From a virus (Duplodnaviria; Caudoviricetes): a DNA stretch of 30,854 bases. Under the pieces are notes generated by a model. That model saw only the letters and a program-made list of their open reading frames with translations, was not told where the DNA came from and did not search any database. Below, one piece after another: positions 14,930 through 24,723 of this stretch. The stretch covers positions 1-30,854 of the IMG/VR virus record IMGVR_UViG_3300031577_000010. One strand, given 5' to 3'. The position numbers and the translations under genes were made by a program. The stretch's first letter is position 1; each line of letters opens with the position of its first letter.

Positions 14930-17375
14930 TCTTCTGATCCCTCATTTCTAACCATTTTTCAATTGACATTTTATCCCCCCATCGGTAGCCTACAGACGCT
15001 TCCGCTTCAATCGGTAACGGAAAGTCGGTTAACGGCGGACGCTCCATGATTTCCTTAATAAGTTTGGCAGCCGGAATTACCACATTCGGATCATCGTCAA
15101 GCTCCATCAATATTTCATCATGTATTTGCCCAATCATATCTGTTTTTTGATGCTGCAGAATACCACCTTTACCAATCATTTCATAAACCTCATTTTGGCA
15201 GCGCTTCATGATATCAGCAGCTGATCCCTGAATTGGGGTATTTGCAGCTCGCCGTTCATCCCCCGATTTCGCGCGCCGGTCATAGCTGTTAATATTGGGA
15301 AGCATACGAATATAACCGTAGATAGTTTGCACGTATCCTTGTTCGCGGGCTTTTAAGGCTATCTTTTCTTGAAATTCAGGTATCCTTTTGTAGGTGTTTT
15401 TTACAGCGTTTACAATCTTAGCGCATTCGTCTAAGGTCTTACGGACTTTGTAATCCGTTTTAATAGTCTTCTGAAGCGCGTGTTCCGTGCCGCCGTAGCA
15501 AATTCCAAAGTTACCGGCTTTGGCGTGTGTTCTTTCCACTTTTGTAATTTCAGCTTCAAGTTTGCCGGTCATTGTTGACGCAGTTTTCCGGTGAAGGTCG
15601 CCCCCATTTTTAAATGTCTCGGTCATTGTTTCGTCACCCGAAGCCCACGCCATTAAGCGAAGTTCAAACCCGGAGAAGTCAATAAAGAATAAAATTTTCC
15701 CTGCGGGGGCACGGTAAAAATTACGGATACCAAAAACATCGTTATCGGTTCTCGGTACATTCTGGCCGTTGGGGTGGAAGCTGTTGAGCCTACCCGTCTC
15801 AACCCATTGTGAGTAGCCCGCGTGGATTCTTCCGGATATCGGGTTAAGGTATTTACTACGCCCGTCAATGTGACTTGATAGTAGTGTCGTATATGTCTGC
15901 ACCTTCTGAACAAGTTCTAAAAGTTCAAGAATATATTCCCTATACAAATACTCGGAACGCCCTTCAATTACTAAATGCTTTTCGTGCGATGGTACTAGCC
16001 ATGCTTCCTCTTTTAAATCGTGCAATTTGTTTTCAACCATGAATGTCATATCAATTAGTGCTTCTTCATCAAGTGAAGGTTCGCTAGTTTTTTCTGATAA
16101 CCGGGCCGCGGGCGCCTTTAAAGTATCAAAGAGAAAAGATTTTACGCTACCAGTTTTCCCCGTCTTCCCAGGCTGTAGATCAACCCCGAATCGTTCACCG
16201 AGTTTTTTAATTCCGTCTATAGCTTCATCCCTCATGGTTTCAGCCTCTAAACGTTTCTTGTTTGCAAGCTCCATATCCCAGGACATTCCCCAATATTCCA
16301 TTAATCCAATGACCCTTGTAAACGGCATTTCAATATTGTGTAACCATTCATCATATTTGGGTATTTGTTTTGCGATTTCGCGCCAGTATAAATAATGTTG
16401 TACGGCGTAGTCCGAGTCCTCCGCGCTATAAACTACAGCTTTTGGATCATCCGAAGATATTTCGCTGAAAAATTGAACATGACGCTCTTTAAGCAATTCT
16501 TCGAACGGTGTCATTTCTACCCCGAATACCTCTTTAGTCATTGGCTTTAAGCCTTTTCCCTCGGCTGGCCTTTTAGGGTCGGCGATACGTTCTGGAGCTA
16601 CAACTTGCAGGCAGCGCACCCACATAATAAGCGGATCAGCAACCGGGGCCATAATGTACATGCCAATGGCCGCGGTTTGTTTAGTTTCGAACGACATATT
16701 TACAGCTATCTTAGTTATTTTTCGGTTTTTGAACAAGCGCTCATTTAAGATATCAAATACTTCTTTGCGTCGGCCTCGCTCTAAAGACCGGGTAAATTCT
16801 TTTACTTGATCTTTTGTTTTACCCATAGCCCGCGCTACATTGCAGATTACGGTTTTCGCATTATAAACTTTCTCCCCAGGGTGCTTTATAAATATTACCC
16901 GTGCTTCATGGGGTGCAGCGCTTAATGACAATGTGCAGATTTCCGACTTCCAAGGGTCTAACGGAGCTTTCAGGAAGTCGTTTGCCATTGCCTTATCATA
17001 CTTTGCCTGTGCAGCGTTCAACTCGCTATTTACGCGTTTAATCGTTTTTTTGTCCTCGAATTCTTCAGCTCGTATTAAATCATCTTGTAACGCTAATATT
17101 TCGCCACGAAATTCATCATGTCTTGATTGCCACATTTCCCGGTATTTATCACTTATTGTAGTTTCATAGTCAAATCCACAAAGCCCCGTTTCCTCGCAAC
17201 GTTTCAGGTATGCTATTAACTCAACATCTGTAGTAATTACCTGGTAGTCTTTCACTTGTTGGCCAGGTTTTTCGGGCCACGTAATATCAGAAACGCTTTT
17301 CTTTTTCGCTATTTTAGGCTTACTAAGTTCTTTTCGCGCAATGCTATTATTTTTAAAAAAATTACCTATCGGCAC
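14919..17375 (-). CDS. Family A DNA polymerase with 3'-5' exonuclease domain
   Basis: Exo FDYET and YSAED; TGRLNS..PNGQNVP; motif A DFSGFELR; motif B R..AKAGNFGICYG; NTPIQGSAADI; motif C QIHDE. Start likely GTG 17375 (RBS GGGAGG). Confidence 0.95.
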   Translation of the reverse strand: MPIGNFFKNNSIARKELSKPKIAKKKSVSDITWPEKPGQQVKDYQVITTDVELIAYLKRCEETGLCGFDYETTISDKYREMWQSRHDEFRGEILALQDDLIRAEEFEDKKTIKRVNSELNAAQAKYDKAMANDFLKAPLDPWKSEICTLSLSAAPHEARVIFIKHPGEKVYNAKTVICNVARAMGKTKDQVKEFTRSLERGRRKEVFDILNERLFKNRKITKIAVNMSFETKQTAAIGMYIMAPVADPLIMWVRCLQVVAPERIADPKRPAEGKGLKPMTKEVFGVEMTPFEELLKERHVQFFSEISSDDPKAVVYSAEDSDYAVQHYLYWREIAKQIPKYDEWLHNIEMPFTRVIGLMEYWGMSWDMELANKKRLEAETMRDEAIDGIKKLGERFGVDLQPGKTGKTGSVKSFLFDTLKAPAARLSEKTSEPSLDEEALIDMTFMVENKLHDLKEEAWLVPSHEKHLVIEGRSEYLYREYILELLELVQKVQTYTTLLSSHIDGRSKYLNPISGRIHAGYSQWVETGRLNSFHPNGQNVPRTDNDVFGIRNFYRAPAGKILFFIDFSGFELRLMAWASGDETMTETFKNGGDLHRKTASTMTGKLEAEITKVERTHAKAGNFGICYGGTEHALQKTIKTDYKVRKTLDECAKIVNAVKNTYKRIPEFQEKIALKAREQGYVQTIYGYIRMLPNINSYDRRAKSGDERRAANTPIQGSAADIMKRCQNEVYEMIGKGGILQHQKTDMIGQIHDEILMELDDDPNVVIPAAKLIKEIMERPPLTDFPLPIEAEASVGYRWGDKMSIEKWLEMRDQKNAR

Positions 17376-17994
17376 TTTCCAACCTCCCTTCAAATACTTC
17401 CCTTGCTTTCCGTCGCATTCTTTGTTTTGCATTATCCACCTGTTTCCAAGTTAAATGACGCCTTGTTTCTATTTCGGATGGTTTAAACCCGGCCATCGTA
17501 TCACGGAACACGGGTATTTCAATGCCCCGAAGTACATTTTCTATGTCAGCTACAGTTTCTTTAACAATTAGGTTAGCTAAAACGACGTCCTCTTGCACTT
17601 TTTTATCAATTATTTTATAAAAACTTGTATCGTCATTATCTCGTCCGTACCGATTTGATACAATTTTAGCATCAAGTGACACACAACCTTGATTCGCGCG
17701 GCGTTTATCGTAGTGCATGTTACGAACAAGTGTAGCAAGTCTGTAATACGCGTTATCCCATACCCAGCTAAATGCTTTCATCCCTTTTTCTGGTTTATAT
17801 GTGTTCACGCTTAAAACGCCATATATTACGCCTTCCTGCACCATATCTGCAAAATCATAGCAACTCGGACTTTTATACCAATTTTTGATAAGCCAGCTTG
17901 CTACTAAATGTTGTAGTTGTATTGCAATACGTTCCAGCGCTTGTTGATCCCCGTTTTTCGCTTTAGGTACTAAGTCTTCAAAATCAACCTTCAT
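17362..17994 (-). CDS. Sigma-70-family factor, SigH-like
   Basis: AKNGD..ALE, DMVQEG..G....V.TY, SLD, and a C-terminal KQVDNAKQRMRRK resembling SigH KSIDNALQRVKRK. Confidence 0.8.
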   Translation of the reverse strand: MKVDFEDLVPKAKNGDQQALERIAIQLQHLVASWLIKNWYKSPSCYDFADMVQEGVIYGVLSVNTYKPEKGMKAFSWVWDNAYYRLATLVRNMHYDKRRANQGCVSLDAKIVSNRYGRDNDDTSFYKIIDKKVQEDVVLANLIVKETVADIENVLRGIEIPVFRDTMAGFKPSEIETRRHLTWKQVDNAKQRMRRKAREVFEGRLESADR

Positions 17995-18006
17995 ACAACC
18001 ACCTTC

Positions 18007-21000
18007 CTAATTATCTTCGTCCTCAAACATGCCGTCGCCAAAGCAACGAGTCACAAAGCTATTAAACAACGGGGTTTTCTTTAATCCACCTGAAGTCTTA
18101 ATGACCATATTCAATCTAGTAAGTAGTGTAGTGATTGCTTTAGCTTGATCCCGTTCAATATTCAGCATATCTTCTACATCCTTAACTGCTAAATATCGTT
18201 GTTTTGCAAAGAGTCGTATAAACTCCCCATATAATTGGTCGCCTCGGAGTACTGAAAGTTTTCTGAGCGCGTCTTCTATCTTGGTATACTTACTATCTGT
18301 TAGCTCTTCTTCTTTAACAGAAACCTTCGCTAGAAAGTTAAGGCCACATCCTGGGGCATTGTATATATCCCTTAGATATACTTCTGTGTACTCAACGTGC
18401 CCCGGATAAACTATAATGTTTTCCCCTGAGTCATCAACCGAATGCGTAAGAGCTGCAAGGGCCGCCGCGATCCGTATTACTTTATTTCGTTGGTCTGCCG
18501 GCGACACCAAGGGAACATCGGTTGCAGCACCATAAGTTTTCGAGAGACTTGTTGCCGCTTTTAAAGTAGCCTCAATGGTTCCGGGCGCAAATTTCACTTG
18601 TTCCGGGGTCCGACTCCAGGCAAACAAAACATTATGCTTTAAGGTTGTAGCTGTAATGGATTTCGGGTACGTTGGCAGTACTCTATTGTAAGCTTCAGGG
18701 TCCACGTCCATCATCTTCATAAAAATTGCAAAATCAAAACGGCGAATGTCTTCATTAAAAAAGATATCTTTCAACACTTCCGCGCCTTGGGAATATGCCG
18801 CGATCCGTTTACCTTTTGGAACATTGCCAGAAAGAATAGCCCGAACCCGACAAGGGGTTTCCGCACTTGCAGCCTTCTTTACTTCAAGTCGCCCGTCAGA
18901 GCGAGCCATAGTCATTTGTGCATATTCCTCTGCCGGGATACTTGGAGCTTCATCGATCCAAATAAGTTCCTTATCTGAAAGCGGCCACGCTCCCCAGGTT
19001 AGGAGCCACGAACCACCAGAACCAGCTTGCTCCATCTTATAGGTTAAGCCGGTTCGCCCGGTAGTTTCAGCATTGATACGTGTACCGAGTCCCGCGTACC
19101 GTAAAACCTCTTCAATCAGCATGGATTTCCCGGTGCCCGTATCCCCTAAGATCATTAGCTCAAGCCATCCTCTAATCGGCGTATTTGCCCACGGCACTTT
19201 GAGTTTAAGAATCGAGTGCAAGACAAGCAATACTCCGAGTAATGTTGTGTCTCTTTCAACGATATGGGTAACGTTATACGTGAGATCATCGCAGATTGAC
19301 TTAATTTTTCCGTCAATCTTCCCAGGATCATATCTTGTGGAATTGTCGCTATCATCGTCTCTGCTAGGTCTGAGTGTTTCAAGGTCACGTTTGATATCAT
19401 CATTAATCGAAAACGATTCCACAACGTCCTGCAGAGACTTTGCATTTTTAAGGAGAATTGTCGCTTCCTGGTTTTTTGGATGGGGATAAACGTAACCAGT
19501 GATTTCGTAATATTTATTTTCAAGGACGTTCGAACCTCCCAAATTATAAACTCGTCTTAATACATAACGCTGCTCGCGGTTATCGTCGTCACTTATAGCC
19601 GATGCCATTGGAATTACAGCTAATTCATCAACATTGATTGTAGCCGTGACTTCAGTGTTATAGCGCTTGCAATCCGGAATAGCTGAAATGCTTTTTAAAA
19701 TACCGTGAATTACATCATCCGTAGAACCACACATTTGGATTAATTCACGGTTGGTTATTCCAAGATTTTTGTACCCGGTATGCGTTGGTAATTCGTATAG
19801 GGGGCAATGGCTTTTGGAACAGGTTTTATAGCCCCAGCAATAGTATTCAACGTCCTTAGGCACAATGTACGGAGTTGATTTTTTCCCGGCCACCATAACT
19901 TTAGTTTTAATTAATTTATTAGTAAATTCCGCATTGCCAGCTTGCGCTAAATGACATTCTGGTATTTTGGCTTCATCTACATTTTCAATTAGGCAAGGGC
20001 AAAGATCCCCGGCACACTTAACCCGGTCATATTCTTTTACCCCAGGCTTTTTATCCCCATGAAGACTTCGGATAAACGCACAACCAAATTTATATTCATT
20101 ATCCTTAGAGTAAACCGCATTTACTACAGACCGAGTATTTGCTCGCCGTTGTTCCTTCTGATAACCACTATCAGCTGTCGTGAATCGTAATACCCATTCT
20201 TCAAGGGTTGTCAGCGCTTCGTCTTGGTCGTATTCTGCAGCCTTAAAGAAACAAGCAAGCTGTACGGTTGCCGCGTTCCTGTCCCCGGCTTTCTTCCACC
20301 CATTATCTAAAATATCTTGGACGCAGGCCGGGTAAACGTCACGAGTAAATCTGTAATCGGTTTTGTCATAGCGGCTTGTAGTTGCTACTGCAGCCTGAAT
20401 GTACTCTGCTAATTTGTCCTTGTATAGGTGCCCGGCGCGCGGCCTAAGTACACCTTTTGCCTTAGGTTCTTCAATACTCCGCGGCGCTGCAGCCATAGCT
20501 TTTATTTCATCAATCGTAAGCGTGTGTAATTCTTTAAAAGTAATTGGTGTTTTAAAAAGCTTAGTCTTTTCATGGATTGACAGGGGAAGACGCAACATTC
20601 TCCGGTCGCCGTAAACCCCTAAATCCAATGTCGCTATTTCAAGGCGTTCCACAAGGTATCCCGCCAAATGTTTCATTACTTTATGCAAATCGGGGCGCGG
20701 CTCAATCCCTATAATTACTGGATCAATTAAAATATGAAAACCCTTGCTACCGCTGTAGAATATTTGGAGGTCTGAAGGCTGTAGATCCATTTCATCAGTA
20801 AAAAAACTTGTTATTTTTGCAGCATCCTTCTGACTATTTTCTGGATTTTTGTCGCTATCAAGGTCAAAGAAAAGGGGAGCTATTACAGGCTCCCCTTTCA
20901 TTCTCACCGGACTAGGGAACCGCTGTACTGTTGCGAAAACCCTGTAGTTATTGGCGACATTTTGTTGATATTCAGCAATTTCATTTATATGGATTCGTTT

Positions 21001-21087
21001 CCACGGCTGCGGGCGGTCGCTGTCGTCAGGATGGTACACATCACAATATTGAAAGTCGTTTATGGATAGTTCTGATTTTGTCGCCAT
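18007..21087 (-). CDS. AEP primase-polymerase fused to an MCM-type AAA+ helicase
   Basis: AEP motifs LFFDLD, YSGSKGFH, R.LRLP; PriCT-like RN...LA.FF. MCM motifs GDTGTGKS, GLT, GAW.LSD...WIDE, SGN, RRFD, plus a Cys cluster. Confidence 0.88.
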   Translation of the reverse strand: MATKSELSINDFQYCDVYHPDDSDRPQPWKRIHINEIAEYQQNVANNYRVFATVQRFPSPVRMKGEPVIAPLFFDLDSDKNPENSQKDAAKITSFFTDEMDLQPSDLQIFYSGSKGFHILIDPVIIGIEPRPDLHKVMKHLAGYLVERLEIATLDLGVYGDRRMLRLPLSIHEKTKLFKTPITFKELHTLTIDEIKAMAAAPRSIEEPKAKGVLRPRAGHLYKDKLAEYIQAAVATTSRYDKTDYRFTRDVYPACVQDILDNGWKKAGDRNAATVQLACFFKAAEYDQDEALTTLEEWVLRFTTADSGYQKEQRRANTRSVVNAVYSKDNEYKFGCAFIRSLHGDKKPGVKEYDRVKCAGDLCPCLIENVDEAKIPECHLAQAGNAEFTNKLIKTKVMVAGKKSTPYIVPKDVEYYCWGYKTCSKSHCPLYELPTHTGYKNLGITNRELIQMCGSTDDVIHGILKSISAIPDCKRYNTEVTATINVDELAVIPMASAISDDDNREQRYVLRRVYNLGGSNVLENKYYEITGYVYPHPKNQEATILLKNAKSLQDVVESFSINDDIKRDLETLRPSRDDDSDNSTRYDPGKIDGKIKSICDDLTYNVTHIVERDTTLLGVLLVLHSILKLKVPWANTPIRGWLELMILGDTGTGKSMLIEEVLRYAGLGTRINAETTGRTGLTYKMEQAGSGGSWLLTWGAWPLSDKELIWIDEAPSIPAEEYAQMTMARSDGRLEVKKAASAETPCRVRAILSGNVPKGKRIAAYSQGAEVLKDIFFNEDIRRFDFAIFMKMMDVDPEAYNRVLPTYPKSITATTLKHNVLFAWSRTPEQVKFAPGTIEATLKAATSLSKTYGAATDVPLVSPADQRNKVIRIAAALAALTHSVDDSGENIIVYPGHVEYTEVYLRDIYNAPGCGLNFLAKVSVKEEELTDSKYTKIEDALRKLSVLRGDQLYGEFIRLFAKQRYLAVKDVEDMLNIERDQAKAITTLLTRLNMVIKTSGGLKKTPLFNSFVTRCFGDGMFEDEDN

Positions 21088-21102
21088 GAGACAGCCCTCG
21101 CT

Positions 21103-21783
21103 TTATTCGACTTTGATTCCAAATTCCTCCGGCTTAAACATTCCTACAGCCTCAAAGGTGTACGATAAATATTCGTCAGCCTTACCCTTTTTAGTCTCTG
21201 TTCCGATCCTGGTTACGACTTGCGCTATACCGGTCCATTTAGGTATCCCCTTTGACTTAACCCCACGCATTAATGCTGCGGCGTACTGTCCATATGAAAT
21301 CGTACCAGTTTGCGGGAAAGATAGGATATAAATTTCAGGCATGTCGCCAGGGGTTAGAGTAGCCACCGGAACAACATAGGCGAGATAGCAAAGGTTAATA
21401 TCATCGATACTATAACGTTCCCTTCGTTCCGGCGAAGCTTCAAGCCAGCTTTCCAAAATTCTTTCAGCGTCTTCACTCGTTTTTTCTGCTACAATCAACT
21501 CACCTTCTTCAGGAGACTTTTTAAGTCCCCAAAGTAAATGCCGTTGTTCTCCCTGGGCAATTATCACGTCAAGAGTGTCGCCAAAGTTCTCGTTTTCATC
21601 GTTGCGAAGAACAAAATCACCTTTCTTGTTAATTTTAAGCCATTGGGCAATTCGTACAAAATCAAGGTCCATCCCGGCGTTAATCTCCAGGAAACGACGT
21701 TTAGTTTCCTCCAGCATCCCGGCAATATAATTCTGGGGCACGTCTGCCAAAGCATTCGTTTGGGTCGTCGTTACTTCATTCAT
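21103..21783 (-). CDS. Hypothetical replication protein (possible ssDNA-binding protein)
   Basis: Acidic, beta-rich 226 aa directly upstream of the primase-helicase; strong RBS. Confidence 0.6.
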   Translation of the reverse strand: MNEVTTTQTNALADVPQNYIAGMLEETKRRFLEINAGMDLDFVRIAQWLKINKKGDFVLRNDENENFGDTLDVIIAQGEQRHLLWGLKKSPEEGELIVAEKTSEDAERILESWLEASPERRERYSIDDINLCYLAYVVPVATLTPGDMPEIYILSFPQTGTISYGQYAAALMRGVKSKGIPKWTGIAQVVTRIGTETKKGKADEYLSYTFEAVGMFKPEEFGIKVE

Positions 21784-21806
21784 TTTATTTGCTCCTTTTT
21801 TATTTT

Positions 21807-21825
21807 TTGGACATTATTTGTCCAA
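21807..21825. promoter_or_regulatory. Palindromic motif copy TTGGAC-N7-GTCCAA
   Basis: ttggac attattt gtccaa, intergenic, upstream of the RBS. Confidence 0.75.
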
Positions 21826-21860
21826 TTTTAGGGCATAATAATATTGGGTTTTAACCTTTC

Positions 21861-22433
21861 TTAGACCTTATCCCAATTAGTAGCTAACATATCCGCTGCG
21901 TGTAAAGCGGTAATTAAAGGATACCTGGCAAAAGCTGTTCCCATTGACGAACTGCCTGCATAGCCACCTCGCGCCGTGTCATCAAATCCGCCCATATGCC
22001 ACCGAATCGCCATAAGTTCATCATCTGTTAGCTTAATAAAACGCTGCAAGATAATGACGGACTTTTCACCGTGCCCCGCTGGAAAGTCATCTTCCACAGT
22101 ATAGTAGGGAACCTTAACCCATTGCCCGTTTTCCTTAGAATTACGATAGGCTACTGTGTAATAGTCAGCCTTGCAAAGGTCATGACATAGAGCTGTGATT
22201 TCCAAGGAACTCTTAGAGCTATCAGGTAGTACGTGGAAAGTTTCATCGAGCTTATCTAAGTACTTATAAACCATTAAAGAATGCTCCAGTAGTCCACCTT
22301 TCTTTGCTCCGTGGTGCTTGGTACTTGCTGGTGCTGTAAAGAAATCGGTGTTTTCTATAAATCCAATTAAATCATTGATTCCTTCACGTTCCACCGAAGT
22401 AATAAGCATTCTAAATTCTTGCTCCAAATCCAT
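21861..22433 (-). CDS. HD-domain phosphohydrolase
   Basis: FFTAPAST.HH....GGLLEHS, LCHDLCK, GHGEKS, AIRWHMG, ADM. Confidence 0.9.
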   Translation of the reverse strand: MDLEQEFRMLITSVEREGINDLIGFIENTDFFTAPASTKHHGAKKGGLLEHSLMVYKYLDKLDETFHVLPDSSKSSLEITALCHDLCKADYYTVAYRNSKENGQWVKVPYYTVEDDFPAGHGEKSVIILQRFIKLTDDELMAIRWHMGGFDDTARGGYAGSSSMGTAFARYPLITALHAADMLATNWDKV

Positions 22434-22646
22434 TAACCTACTTCCCCTCTTTTCGTAAACTCACAAGCCTTAACCCATAAGGATATAGTTAGTAACGCGA
22501 CACCTTGATGATCCTTTTCAGCCTCTACATCAACACTAAATGATTTTACAGTTAACAAAGACTTACCGTCAAGCGTCGGGAAACTTCCATTATGATAATC
22601 AAAAACCGGGGGCATTCTCTTTAAGTACCATATTTTTAAGTGCCAT
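22433..22646 (-). CDS. Small hypothetical protein, apparently frameshifted
   Basis: RBS AAAGGCGG and ATG 22646 give MALKNMVLKENAPGF-stop; the +1 frame continues to 22433 (track ORF 22433-22615 has no clear RBS). Confidence 0.45.
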
Positions 22647-22663
22647 TTTTAACCGCCTTTCTT

Positions 22664-22682
22664 TTAGTCAATTTTTGTCCAA
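22664..22682. promoter_or_regulatory. Palindromic motif copy TTAGTC-N7-GTCCAA
   Basis: ttagtc aattttt gtccaa, intergenic, abutting the RBS. Confidence 0.7.
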
Positions 22683-22689
22683 ATTACAG

Positions 22690-24357
22690 TCAGTACTTTA
22701 GATCATTCAGAAACTTTTCAAGGTCTTTAATATCACGTTTAGGTTTCGCAGGAACCTTCAGTCCTAACCTGTTATATACCTTACGCCGGGAATTGTACTG
22801 TGCTTTCAGAACGCCTACATTATAGTCTACGTAGTCCCACCATACTGCTTTTTTATCAGGTTGTAAAGGGTCAATTCGCATGATTCTCCCGATAGCCTGT
22901 TCAACTGCAGCACCGTTATTTTTATCCTGGCCATCACCACGTTTTGGCGTAACCAAGTGGCCATGATTAAGGTGAGGTAAGTCTAAACCCTCTTGTACAA
23001 GCTGTCCCGTGGCAATTAAAATATCAATTTTACGGTTCGCGGCATCCTCCATAATATGCTTTCTTTGAGCTGTAGAAATGTTCCACTCTTTGTATTCTTG
23101 ATCCGTATAATTTTTAACTTGAACCTGCCAGCGTTTTACCGATTTATTATATCGATAAGCGTTAGCCTTGCCCGATTGTATCATATCTTCCGCTTGCGAC
23201 TCATTACGGCAAACTTTCCAACCCCAGCGCTGTAACGGTCCATGAACTACAGCCACCTTTTTAGAACATAACAGTTTACGAAGCTCTAAATGAATAGCGT
23301 GGCAATAAGGAATACTATCAGCAATTACTATCTGGGATCCGTCTTGCGCGTAAATGTTTCGTGCTATAAGGTCGAGTCTATCTTCATCCGCTATTAGTTT
23401 ATTTAGCAAATCCCTGTAATCTAATTCCTCACCGCCAGCATCTACAGCGTTATTGCTGCTACGTATACTTGCTTGTTCATAGCAAAAATCGGTGTAAACA
23501 AATTTAATTTCAGGTTTTATTAATCGTCCAGAATCGTATAACCCTTGCCGGTCAATCTCATAGAGTTTCGGGCCAATCCCTGCGTACATATAGCTTTCAA
23601 GCCCGTCTTTCCTATCCGGTGTTGCCGTGAGTCCCAACATGTGCCGCGCTTTTAGCTGCCCGATAACCTCCATAAAACAAGCGGCCGGCAAGTGGTGACA
23701 TTCGTCTACTACAACCGTTCCAATAAATTGATTAAGCTGCTCAACTAGTTCGGGGTTAGCCTGTAAGGTCTGTACTGTTGCTATGATAAGTTTTCCGCTG
23801 CCCCAACTTACCGTACCCTCGGCTAGTTTGCCAATTTCTCCAACGTCCGGCATACACTGTTTAGCACGTTTCGCGGTTTGCTCTAAAAGGTCTTTGGTGT
23901 GCGTGATCCACAGGGCAGATACTTTGTGAAAGAATACATACCTTAATCCCATGACAGTTTTTCCTGAACCGGCCGGAGCTATCAAGCAACCAGAGTTACC
24001 TAACATTTCTTGAATTGCAGTATACTGACTGTCAGATAACATGAAGTCTGTTGACCAATTACCGAAATCAACTTTAATTCCATCCGTTTGCAAAATTGTT
24101 TCCTGTGTCTGGTTCGCCAACTCCATGGAACAAACAAGGCTAACCAGTTCACGTCTAAACCCTCTCGGCACAATCAGATCTGTTCCTTCGGAGGTATAAA
24201 GCTGCAGCTTCGGCTTAATCCCCCATGTAGGTTGCCTACGCGCCTTTCGTTTTTTAAATTCTGGATTATCGACGGTCAGTTTCGCGGTTACCGCGGCCCG
24301 CAAGGGGGTAGAAGCGCCCCGGATTCTGATATTATTTGATATTGTTATCTGAATCAT
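22690..24357 (-). CDS. SF2 (DEAD/ResIII-like) helicase
   Basis: APAGSGKT, ATVQTL, DECHH, LTATP.R.DG, EGLD, QAIGRIMR. Start ATG 24357. Confidence 0.92.
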   Translation of the reverse strand: MIQITISNNIRIRGASTPLRAAVTAKLTVDNPEFKKRKARRQPTWGIKPKLQLYTSEGTDLIVPRGFRRELVSLVCSMELANQTQETILQTDGIKVDFGNWSTDFMLSDSQYTAIQEMLGNSGCLIAPAGSGKTVMGLRYVFFHKVSALWITHTKDLLEQTAKRAKQCMPDVGEIGKLAEGTVSWGSGKLIIATVQTLQANPELVEQLNQFIGTVVVDECHHLPAACFMEVIGQLKARHMLGLTATPDRKDGLESYMYAGIGPKLYEIDRQGLYDSGRLIKPEIKFVYTDFCYEQASIRSSNNAVDAGGEELDYRDLLNKLIADEDRLDLIARNIYAQDGSQIVIADSIPYCHAIHLELRKLLCSKKVAVVHGPLQRWGWKVCRNESQAEDMIQSGKANAYRYNKSVKRWQVQVKNYTDQEYKEWNISTAQRKHIMEDAANRKIDILIATGQLVQEGLDLPHLNHGHLVTPKRGDGQDKNNGAAVEQAIGRIMRIDPLQPDKKAVWWDYVDYNVGVLKAQYNSRRKVYNRLGLKVPAKPKRDIKDLEKFLNDLKY

Positions 24358-24490
24358 TTTCTGCCTTCTTTCTAAATGGGCTATTAATCTTAATGCTGAA
24401 AGATCCACCACAAGCAACCATAGCGATCACCAATAAAGCGATTAAGATTATGGCCCCATTACCAATAATTCGAAGAGCTTCCACAATCAT
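24332..24490 (-). CDS. Small membrane protein
   Basis: MIVEALRIIGNGAIILIALLVIAMVAC; RBS AGGAG. Confidence 0.6.
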   Translation of the reverse strand: MIVEALRIIGNGAIILIALLVIAMVACGGSFSIKINSPFRKKAENDSDNNIK

Positions 24491-24723
24491 TTTTTCGTTC
24501 TCCTTTCTTCGGTATAGCAGGTAATACAAAGACCATCACCAGGGTATCCATTGCGTACCCCGCAAATAGGGCACATTCCTGAAAGAGTTTGCCAAGAGTA
24601 CCGGCAATTGTGGTTGGGACATTGGAGCCTGATTTTATTTGCTACGTAATTAGACACTGTGACCATAAACCCACGGCCCCCACATTTCGGGCAATCTTGC
24701 TGCCTGACTAAGCACTTAGCCAT
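24487..24723 (-). CDS. Zinc-finger protein
   Basis: CPKCGGRG, CPNHNC, CPICG, CITC. Confidence 0.75.
   Translation of the reverse strand: MAKCLVRQQDCPKCGGRGFMVTVSNYVANKIRLQCPNHNCRYSWQTLSGMCPICGVRNGYPGDGLCITCYTEERRTKK

Noticed and set aside
16960-17150. Intein or intron in PolA or the primase-helicase
   Set aside because: No C/S...HN splice motifs, no LAGLIDADG motifs and no reading-frame breaks.
15653-21755. Same-strand alternate-frame ORFs 15653-15913, 19155-19523 and 21564-21755
   Set aside because: Inside conserved genes with no RBS or protein-like features, unlike the nested 13161-13454 ORF.
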